A stretch of 12,620 nucleotides of DNA. It comes from Armatimonadota bacterium. Lineage in GTDB: Bacteria; Armatimonadota; Zipacnadia; Zipacnadales; UBA5352. A program made the position numbers and the translations under genes. The notes beneath the pieces are model-generated. The model worked only from the letters and a program-made list of their open reading frames with translations, did no database searches and was not told where the DNA came from. Positions within the stretch are counted from its first letter, which is position 1. Each line of letters begins with the position of its first letter. Shown piece by piece: positions 1 through 7,134 of this stretch. Location: NCBI GenBank assembly GCA_034722055.1, contig JAYENL010000073.1, positions 1 through 12,620 of the forward strand, written 5' to 3'.

Positions 1-179
1 AGGCGGCCCCTCCGTGCCGTCCGGCCGTTCGTGAGGGGCCGGCAGCCACAGAGCGCCCGCGATTGCGCCAGGTTGCTCGATACGGCGTCGCGGCAGAGGT
101 GACGGAAGACGGGCTGAAGGTCTCTATGCCGACCTTCGAGCACATGGCGGTGGTGGTCTGTGAGTTCGGGGAGCAGTAG
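1..179 (+). CDS. 3' end of an upstream gene (partial or remnant), ending ...AEVTEDGLKVSMPTFEHMAVVVCEFGEQ*
   Basis: The frame starting at position 3 is open to TAG 177-179, which abuts the GGAGG RBS of the next gene. The last ~30 codons have GC3-rich usage and resemble a terminal beta-strand domain. The first ~90 nt look REP-like rather than coding. Confidence 0.5.
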   Translation, partial: AAPPCRPAVREGPAATERPRLRQVARYGVAAEVTEDGLKVSMPTFEHMAVVVCEFGEQ

Positions 180-192
180 AGGAGGGCGACTG

Positions 193-1953
193 ATGCTTCA
201 TCGCACGATGGCTCTGATCGTCGCAGCAACGATCATCTGCGGCGCCGCCGCGGCGCAGGATTCCATCGACTTCTCGGACGTGGGCATGTACGGGCAGGAC
301 TTCGAGGTGCTCGACTTCACCTGCCTGAAGTTCTACGGCCCGCGCGATGAGGAGACTTACGAGAGGTACGCACAGCGTATCAGGGATGCCCACGAGCGGG
401 GGCAGTTCGTGCTGGTGTGCCTCTACACCTACGACCGCGTCACGCTTGAGGGGCCCATCGAGGAGTACCTCGCCAACACCGACGACCTGCTGCAGCACCT
501 GCCCCTGGAGCTGATCGACATCGTCTGCCCCAGCGAGGAGAACATCGCCTGGAACAACGGTATTGCCATCCAGAATGCGCTCTACGACCACATCAAGCAG
601 AACTACGACCTCACTGTCTACCAGTGGTTCACGCCCTACGATACGCCGCACGCGAAGGTGCGCGCCGACGGCTGGATCATCGATCCCTACCGGCTCAACG
701 CTCAGGAGTTCCGCAAGTATCTGATGAAGTACGTCGCCACCGGGCTGCCGGTCATCAACTGCATCAACGCCAGCCCTGAGATCGAGCCGTGGTCGTCGTC
801 GCAGGACCAGGTGGACGTCTGCCGCGAGTTCAACATCCCCATGTTCTTCTACGCGGTGGATGGCATCCATGGCAGCCCCTACGTGTGGATGCAGACCGAT
901 GAGCCGCGGCTGGCGAGGTGGCGGGGATGGTTCTACCGCATCCGCGAGATGTGCCACAAGACTGACACCTCCCGCCTGCCGCTGCCCAGCGCCAACTGGT
1001 CCTACGGCCAGCCGGTGGAGGTGGCCGGCGGCGAGCAGAATCGCTTCGAGTACGCCGATGACTTCCTGTCGCAGAAGTTCATCGATGACGCCACCATCGA
1101 CGGCTTCCTGGCCCTTCGCTGGGATGGCTGGGAGGAGCGGCTGGGGCTGCTTGGCGGGGAGAGCGCCTCCCTGACCTACCATCTGTGGAGCGCCTTCGAG
1201 ATGCGCCTGCCGGTGCTGGCAGCCGACTTCCAGCCGGCGGAGGGCGCCGAGGCTACGCTCAGCGCCTCCTGGTCGGCCGACGGGAACACCTGGCAGGAGA
1301 TGACGCCCGGGCAGCCGCTGACGGACTTCGGCGGCCAGAACCTGTGGGTGCGTCTGGCGATGTCAGCCGACGGCCCGGCCGGTCAGCCGGCGGCATGGCT
1401 GAGCGATCTCGCCATCAGCGGCGAGACGGTGCCGCCCGAGGAGCGCGTTGTGCAACTCGAGCCGGTGCACCGAAGAGGGCGGTTCGAGTGGATCGACGAC
1501 TTCGAGGCTCCGCGCTCGATGCACCTGGCACACATCGACGGCGGGCAGTACCTGAACTGGGATCGCGGTAGGGCGTGGGTCCAGGGCCACGACGGCGAGA
1601 CGGTGCGCTCCACGCTGCGCTGGCACTTCACATCCGAGCGGCCCTTCGATCAGGTGCACATCGCCGTCGAGACCTACTCACACCGCTCGCTGTCGGCGCG
1701 CAACGAGATCGGCGTCTCGCTCGACGGCGAAGAGCCGCTCATCAGCGAGACCACCAGCGGCAGGGAGGACGCGTCGGGGCGCTATGTCGGGACGATCAGC
1801 TTCGACCTCTCGGAGGACGAGCGCTTCGAGGACGCCACCGAGTTCTGGGTGCACGTCACCATGATCAACACCGCCCGCAAGCAGACCAATCGCTCCAACA
1901 GCATCCGGAAGTTGGAGGTCACGGGCGCGCTGGGGGAGGAGGCGCAGCAGTAG
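193..1953 (+). CDS. Secreted hypothetical protein (586 aa), possible glycoside-hydrolase-like TIM barrel plus two homologous C-terminal beta-sandwich domains
   Basis: GGAGG at 181-185, ATG at 193. Signal peptide MLHRTMALIVAATIICGAAAA-Q. Strong GC3 bias. Barrel-like motifs CPSEEN and DGWIIDPY. Internal repeat FEYADDF / FEWIDDF. Confidence 0.85.
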   Translation: MLHRTMALIVAATIICGAAAAQDSIDFSDVGMYGQDFEVLDFTCLKFYGPRDEETYERYAQRIRDAHERGQFVLVCLYTYDRVTLEGPIEEYLANTDDLLQHLPLELIDIVCPSEENIAWNNGIAIQNALYDHIKQNYDLTVYQWFTPYDTPHAKVRADGWIIDPYRLNAQEFRKYLMKYVATGLPVINCINASPEIEPWSSSQDQVDVCREFNIPMFFYAVDGIHGSPYVWMQTDEPRLARWRGWFYRIREMCHKTDTSRLPLPSANWSYGQPVEVAGGEQNRFEYADDFLSQKFIDDATIDGFLALRWDGWEERLGLLGGESASLTYHLWSAFEMRLPVLAADFQPAEGAEATLSASWSADGNTWQEMTPGQPLTDFGGQNLWVRLAMSADGPAGQPAAWLSDLAISGETVPPEERVVQLEPVHRRGRFEWIDDFEAPRSMHLAHIDGGQYLNWDRGRAWVQGHDGETVRSTLRWHFTSERPFDQVHIAVETYSHRSLSARNEIGVSLDGEEPLISETTSGREDASGRYVGTISFDLSEDERFEDATEFWVHVTMINTARKQTNRSNSIRKLEVTGALGEEAQQ

Positions 1954-1959
1954 CGAAGG

Positions 1960-4650
1960 CTACCACCCGCCCTCCGGCGTCGGCTCACGTGTCAGGAAGT
2001 CGTGCTCCGACAGCCGGTCGAGCACCCCCTGCCGCAGGTCCTCTGCCGCCACGGGGTCACCGCCCAGGTGCTCGGCTACGAAGAACGGCAGCGCCGCGTA
2101 GATGTTAAGCTGGCGCAGGGCCTGCTCGTCCAGCCTCAGGCGCTGGTGCTCGGCTTCCGCGCGCCGAATCGCCATGGCCCGTGCCTGCCGCCAGGAGCGC
2201 ATCGCCGATCGAGCCGACATCCACGCCTTTTCGTACGTGCCCGAGTTCAGATGCGTGAGCACCTCCTCGAAGGCCTCATCGCCCTCGACCATCCGCTGGC
2301 GGAACGCATCGTCGATCAGCGGCCCGACGTACCGGGCGACGACGTGGGTTTTGGCGCCCGTGTCGGCGGCAGCCGTCGCGGCCAACCGTGCCGCCAGCGG
2401 CGCCCACGCCTCTCGCTGACGCTCCAGCCCGGCGATGCGCCCCTCATCGGGCGTGATCAGCAGTGCCGCGGTCACGTCCAGCGGTCTCTCCAGCGCGAAG
2501 GTCCCATCGTCCCACGCGACGGTGAAGCTGGGGCCCTCCTCCGGGGGCGGTACCGGCCCGCGCGGCTGTGGCCCGTCGAGCCGCCTGCACTGCGCCCCAT
2601 CGGGCGGCGGTGAGGGTAGCGTGATGCGCAGGTCCTCCACGAGCGCCTCGTCCACGTAGCGATTGTACTGCTCACCGTGCTTGACAACCAGCACGACTGT
2701 CTCGGCCCCGCGGGTGAAGGCCTTCGCCTCCACTGACGGATCGGAGGTCTCGCACTCGGCGATCTCACCGGCGCCGATGATGTCCTCCACCGGCTCCAGC
2801 TCGCCCCATGTCAGGCCCAGCTCGGCTCGCCGCCCCATCCCCAGCCGCTCGTCCGAGAGCCCGTAGCTGCTGAAGTAGAGGATGCCTCGCGTGCCGGCGG
2901 TGAGCATCATGTAGGTCAGCAGCCGCTGCTGCTCGCAGCTCGGGACGAAGAGCGTGCGACCGTTCAGCCCCACGCGGCGGAAGGCGTGCCCCTGCATGTG
3001 CGCCTGGCACCACTGCTGCAGGTAGAGCGGCTGGCCCCAGATCTGCTGCACGTGCTGAGCCAGACGCTGCACGTCCTCCAGGCCACCCTCGATGTCCTCG
3101 CCGCCGCCGAAGGTCCAGCCCTTCTGCATCGGGTAGAGATAGGTCAGCGGGAAGTCCAGTGCGCCGCGCCACTTCGCCCAGTCCTCCGCCTCGACGCGCT
3201 CGGGCTTGCGCAGGTCCATGAGCGTGGTGGTGATGAGGTTGCTGTCATCGTAGCGGTGCAGCACCTCCGATGTCCGCTGCAGGAATCGCCAGTAGCGATT
3301 CCAGGTGTCGTCGCACATGATCTATCCCAGCATCGCCGGATGTCGCCGCAGGGGCAGAAAGCGCAGCAGCCACTGGTCCTTGAGCGGCTTCTCGGTGTAG
3401 GGGCTGGCCGGCGGCCCGTAGATCCACAGCATCACGCGCAGCCTGCTTTCCCAGGCGGCGTCCAGCACCGCGCGCAGATGCTCCGGCGGCGCCTGGTGGC
3501 TCAGGTAGATGACCAGCCCGTTCAGGCGCAGGTCGGCGTAGTGGGCGAAGTTGGCGCGATGGTGCTCGATGGGCTGCTCGCCGGTGACGCGGTAGGTGCC
3601 CATGGCGCGCAAGAGCAGCGGCTCGTCGCCGGCGTAGAGCGCGCCGTCGCGGAGCGCGTAGGGCGCCTTGGGGCCGCAGTCGATGGCGGGCACCTCGTCA
3701 GGCAGCGCCAGTTCGGTCTCCAGGAGCTGCCGCGCCACATCGCCCACGGCCTCGGCGTCGGCCTCGGCTGAGACCACGTGGGCGGCACGGCCCTCGCTGC
3801 TGATGGTCACCGGCGCCTGCAGGTCTCCGGGCAGGGCGGCCCAGAAGTAGCGTGCCAGGGCGGTGGCCCATTTCGCGTCCGGCAGGTCCATGAGCATCAC
3901 CCGGCCCCCCAGGTAGTGTCGAATCTTCAGCGCGAAGTAGAAGCGCTCATCCTCCGCCCACTCCGGCACCACCACCAGCCCGAGGGATTCGAGGGGCACC
4001 GTGGTGGGGAGGACGTCATGGGCGATCCCCGCCCGAGCGAGCGCCTCCCAGGCGGCGACGACCGGTGGGGCCTTGGGATCGCTGGTGTAGAGGACAGCCA
4101 CGTCGTGCTCCGGCTCCGCCACCGCCTGCGCCCTCACCGCCACATCATCGAACCAGGCCGGCGAGTCCGAGCCGTAATTGAGGCAGAAGGCCTGCACCTC
4201 GGCGATGCGCTTGCCGGTCGGCGCCAGGTAGGTGGTGATCTTCTCGACCCACGTCTCCGTCTCCGCGGGCTGCAGCCGGAGGCTATCCGGGAAGAACCAG
4301 GTCTCCTCGCCGTCGTCGAACACGATCAGCAGGTCCAGGCCGATGCGGGCGTTGGGGGCCACGTGCTCGGTGCGCAGCCAGATGGAGGCGCTCAGCGCGT
4401 TGGGCAGGGGCTGCTCGAAGGTGTGCCTGCTGGTGGTCATCCCCACCCTCTCGGCGGTGGGCGGTATGCGCAGCGCTGCCGGCGCGCTATGGTACTGCTC
4501 CTCATCGATGGCCGGCTGGGTGTCTGCGCGGGAGACCTCCCAGCCCGTCAGCCCGTCGCTGAAGTCGCCATTCGCCAGGATATTTCCGCGAGCGAGGGCC
4601 GGGAGCCCCAGCAGCCCGACCACAACCACCAGCATCCATCGTCCCAGCAT
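1960..4650 (-). pseudogene. Secreted CBM4/9-like plus glycoside-hydrolase-like protein (896 codons) interrupted by one in-frame TAG at 3324-3322; nonsense allele, sequence error or readthrough
   Basis: AGGAGG at 4666-4661, ATG at 4650, signal peptide MLGRWMLVVVVGLLGLPALARG, CBM-like NILANGDFSDGLTGW...WFDDV. ORFs 3322..5151 and 1960..3318 share a frame: CAT CCG GCG ATG CTG GGA TAG ATC ATG TGC GAC GAC = HPAMLG*IMCDD. Barrel motifs lie on both sides (GALYAGDEPLLLRAMGTY; DFPLTYLYP; MLTAGTRGILYFS). Confidence 0.75.
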
Positions 4651-4732
4651 GTCATCACCGCCTCCTGTGATGTCGCCAGCGCATGTTTCGCGGCCATCGG
4701 CGTTGTGTCCTGTGCCGCGACAGGTCCCCGGA

Positions 4733-4748
4733 GTGATTGTGATCAATC
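4733..4748. promoter_or_regulatory. Candidate palindromic operator (FNR/CRP-like) in a divergent promoter region
   Basis: GTGAT-TGTG-ATCAA at 4733-4746 matches TTGAT-N4-ATCAA at 9/10 positions. An overlapping inverted repeat GATTG-TGAT-CAATC lies at 4735-4748. It is an AT-rich patch between divergent starts 4650 and 4792. Confidence 0.35.
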
Positions 4749-4791
4749 TACCGAGGAGTTCGGCTCGCGTGCGATAACGAGGAGTGAGATC

Positions 4792-5628
4792 GTGGCACCG
4801 TTTCGGCTCGGCATGGCACAGATGCTGGTGGAGGGCGGAAAGCTGCAGGACAACCTGGCGCGGGCGGAGCGGACGATCGAGCGCGCCACGGAGGAGGACT
4901 GCGCCATCGTGGTGCTCCCCGAGGCGCTGGATGCGGGCTGGGCGCATCCCGCGGCCCGGGAGCTGGCCCGCCCCATTCCCGGTCCGACCAGCGATCGGCT
5001 CGCTGCTGCCGCCGCGGCGGCCCGGGTGCACGTGGTCGCCGGCCTCACCGAGCGCGCCGAGGAGCGCATCTACAACACCTCGGTGCTCCTCTCCCCCGGC
5101 GGCGACCTGCTGCTGCGATACCGCAAGATCAACATCCTGGACATTGCCCAAGACCTCTACGCCATCGGGGACTGCCTGGCCGTGGCGGAGACCGCGCTGG
5201 GCACCCTCGGCATCCCCATCTGCGCCGACAACTTCCCGAACTCACTGGCACTGGGACACTCCCTGGCGCGGATGGGGGCGCAGATGCTGCTCTCGCCCTG
5301 CGCCTGGGCCGTGCCCGCCGAGCACGACAACGAGCAGCAGCCCTACGGGCAGACGTGGATGGAGTCCTTCACCGCCCTGGCGCGGCTGTATGACCTGACC
5401 ATCGTGGGCGTGAGCAACGTGGGGTGGGTCACGGGCGGGCCGTGGGAGGGACGCAAGTGCATCGGCTGCTCGCTGGCGGTGGGGCCGGGCGGCGAGGTCC
5501 TCGCACAGGCACCCTACGGCGCGGATGCCGAGGAGCTGCTGGTCATCGATGTCGAGCCGAGGCCGCCGGTCGCCGCCGGCACGGATTTCGCGGAGGCGCT
5601 GCGGAACCGGGGCTATGAGGGCCCCTGA
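4792..5628 (+). CDS. Carbon-nitrogen hydrolase (nitrilase superfamily), 278 aa
   Basis: GAGGAG at 4779-4784, GTG start at 4792 inside ORF 3778..5628. Catalytic Glu-Lys-Cys triad motifs VVLPEAL, YRKIN and GIPICADN, plus IYNTSVLL and GCSLAVGPGGEVL. Confidence 0.93.
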   Translation: MAPFRLGMAQMLVEGGKLQDNLARAERTIERATEEDCAIVVLPEALDAGWAHPAARELARPIPGPTSDRLAAAAAAARVHVVAGLTERAEERIYNTSVLLSPGGDLLLRYRKINILDIAQDLYAIGDCLAVAETALGTLGIPICADNFPNSLALGHSLARMGAQMLLSPCAWAVPAEHDNEQQPYGQTWMESFTALARLYDLTIVGVSNVGWVTGGPWEGRKCIGCSLAVGPGGEVLAQAPYGADAEELLVIDVEPRPPVAAGTDFAEALRNRGYEGP

Positions 5629-5639
5629 GGCTGGGGCAA

Positions 5640-5737
5640 CCCGCCCGTGCCGCGCGGCAGACGCTGCGATGGGCCGGGGATCGGCGAGCCGCACTTCCGC
5701 GAGTGGCGCCGTCTGCCGCGCCGTCAGGAGGGGCGGG
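5640..5737. repeat. Long imperfect hairpin downstream of the nitrilase gene
   Basis: GCGCGGCAGACG (5652-5663) and CGTCTGCCGCGC (5710-5721) form a perfect 12-bp inverted repeat. Outer arms are CCCGCCC (5640-5646) and GGGCGGG (5731-5737). Confidence 0.65.
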
Positions 5738-5740
5738 CTT
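5716..5740 (+). repeat. REP-like element, type A, truncated (left arm only)
   Basis: CCGCGCCGTCAGGAGGGGCGGGCTT matches the copies at 5831, 7074 and 8739. Confidence 0.75.
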
Positions 5741-5744
5741 GTGT

Positions 5745-5779
5745 CCAGCGACCAGCTATCAGCGACAAGCTACCAGCTA
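5745..5779 (+). repeat. Degenerate heptamer tandem repeat (5 units)
   Basis: CCAGCGA CCAGCTA TCAGCGA CAAGCTA CCAGCTA. Confidence 0.8.
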
Positions 5780-5830
5780 CGGCAACATCCAGGTCCCGGG
5801 CCGCCGCGGGTTCTTGCCCTCCCGTGGCCA

Positions 5831-5877
5831 GCCGTCAGGATCGGCGGGCTTCCTTGCCCGCCCGGCCGTTGTCGTTC
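5831..5877 (+). repeat. REP-like element, type A
   Basis: GCCGTCAGGATCGGCGGGCTTCCTTGCCCGCCCGGCCGTTGTCGTTC, with hairpin GGCGGGC-TTCCTT-GCCCGCC. It differs from 7074-7121 by 4 substitutions and 1 indel. Confidence 0.85.
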
Positions 5878-5894
5878 GGCCCGGAGCCAACGTG

Positions 5895-5934
5895 GAACGG
5901 CGCACGGACAGGAGTGTCCGTGCCACGGAACGGC
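5895..5934 (-). repeat. REP-like element, type B (GTGG + 9-bp hairpin on the minus strand)
   Basis: GCACGGACA-GGAG-TGTCCGTGC (5902-5923) followed by CAC. It is 38/40 identical to 8691-8730. Confidence 0.85.
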
Positions 5935-5975
5935 CATACACGCACCCGGGGCGGCCGCCTGTCGTTCGGCGCCTG

Positions 5976-6983
5976 CTAACAGCGCGCCTTCCTTCCCGTC
6001 ACCGGGAAGACCGGGTCCTGGAAGCCGAAGCCACAGTGCTCGCCCGGCGGCACCAGCTCGTCGATGCGGGCCTCGATCTCCGGCGTGACCTCCACCTCCA
6101 GCGCGCCCAGGTTGTCCTGGAGCTGCTCGGGTGTGCGCGGGCCGATGATGGGGCAGGTCACCAGCTCGTTCGCCATCGCCCAGGCCACGGCGAGCTGCGC
6201 GGCGGTGCAGCCCACCTCCTCCGCCAGCGCCACCACCTGCTGCGCCAGCTCCAGGTTGCTGGGACGGTACTCCGTCTGCATCAGCCGCTCGTTGCCGCGG
6301 CCCGCGCGGGACTCCGGCGGCGGCTCCTGGTGCTGGGCGTACTTGCCCGTCAGCACCCCGCGCGCGATGGGGCTGTAGGTCACCACGCCCAGCCTCAGCT
6401 CGTCGCAGGCGGGCAGCAGCTCCACCTCGATGTCCCGGTTGGCGATGTTGTACAGCGGCTGCACCGCCGCCAGCCGGTCCCAGCCATGCAGCGCCTGCAC
6501 ACCGACCGCATCCGCCACCCGCCACGCCGCGAAGTTGCTCAGCCCCACGTACAGGACCTTGCCCTGACGCACCAGGTCGTTCATCGCCGACAGGGACTCC
6601 TCGATGGGCGTATCCGGGTCGGGCTTGTGCAGGTAGTACAGGTCGATGTAGTCCGTCCCCAGCCGCCGCAGGCTGGCCTCGCAACCCTCCATGATGTGCT
6701 TGCGCGATGAGCCCATCTGGTTGGGCCCATCGCCCATCGGCAGCGTGACCTTCGTCGCCAGCACGATCTCCTCGCGCTTTCCCTGCAGCGCCTTGCCGAC
6801 CACGCGCTCGGACTCCCCGGCGTTGTACTTGTCGGCGGTGTCCAGGAAGTTGATCCCCGCGTCGAGCGCCGTCCCGATCATCCGCAGGGACGTCTCCTCG
6901 TCAGTGGGCCCGCCGAACATCATGGTGCCCAGGCAGAGCTCGCTGACCTTCATCCCGCATCCGCCAAGCGTGCGGTACTCCAT
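5976..6983 (-). CDS. Aldo/keto reductase (335 aa)
   Basis: AGGAGG at 6996-6991, 7 nt before ATG 6983. Motifs MEYRTLG..KVSELCLGTMMFG, GINFLDTADKY, VLATK, SLRRLGTDYIDLYYLH, GKVLYVGLSN, YSPIARGVLTGKY, PIIGPRTPEQL. Confidence 0.96.
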   Translation of the reverse strand: MEYRTLGGCGMKVSELCLGTMMFGGPTDEETSLRMIGTALDAGINFLDTADKYNAGESERVVGKALQGKREEIVLATKVTLPMGDGPNQMGSSRKHIMEGCEASLRRLGTDYIDLYYLHKPDPDTPIEESLSAMNDLVRQGKVLYVGLSNFAAWRVADAVGVQALHGWDRLAAVQPLYNIANRDIEVELLPACDELRLGVVTYSPIARGVLTGKYAQHQEPPPESRAGRGNERLMQTEYRPSNLELAQQVVALAEEVGCTAAQLAVAWAMANELVTCPIIGPRTPEQLQDNLGALEVEVTPEIEARIDELVPPGEHCGFGFQDPVFPVTGRKARC

Positions 6984-7073
6984 CACCATCCCTCCTGTCG
7001 CGCTCTCCCTTCGCCGCGCGGGAGGTCGGCGCCTCCGACGGGGCAAAGTATGAGGCGACGCACGACGCAGTCT

Positions 7074-7121
7074 GCCGTCAGGAGGGGCGGGCTTCCTTGC
7101 CCGCCCGCGCCGTTGCCGCTC
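7074..7121 (+). repeat. REP-like element, type A (GGAG + 8-bp hairpin)
   Basis: GCCGTCA-GGAG-GGGCGGGC-TTCCTT-GCCCGCCC-GCGCCGTTGCCGCTC, ending just before the sulfatase RBS. Confidence 0.85.
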
Positions 7122-7134
7122 AAGGGAGCCCACC

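Noticed and set aside
2532..2573. Pro-rich loop (GPQPRGPVPPPEEGP) sharing the 12-mer CGGAGGAGGGCC with the REP variant at 8597-8608
   Set aside because: The hairpin and flanks are absent, and a 12-nt GC-rich match can arise by chance.
3778..5151. N-terminal extensions of ORF 3778..5628 (+) and ORF 3322..5151 (-), implying a long bidirectional overlap
   Set aside because: Each extension is the antisense shadow of the other gene. RBS-supported starts at 4792 and 4650 give a normal 141-nt divergent spacer.
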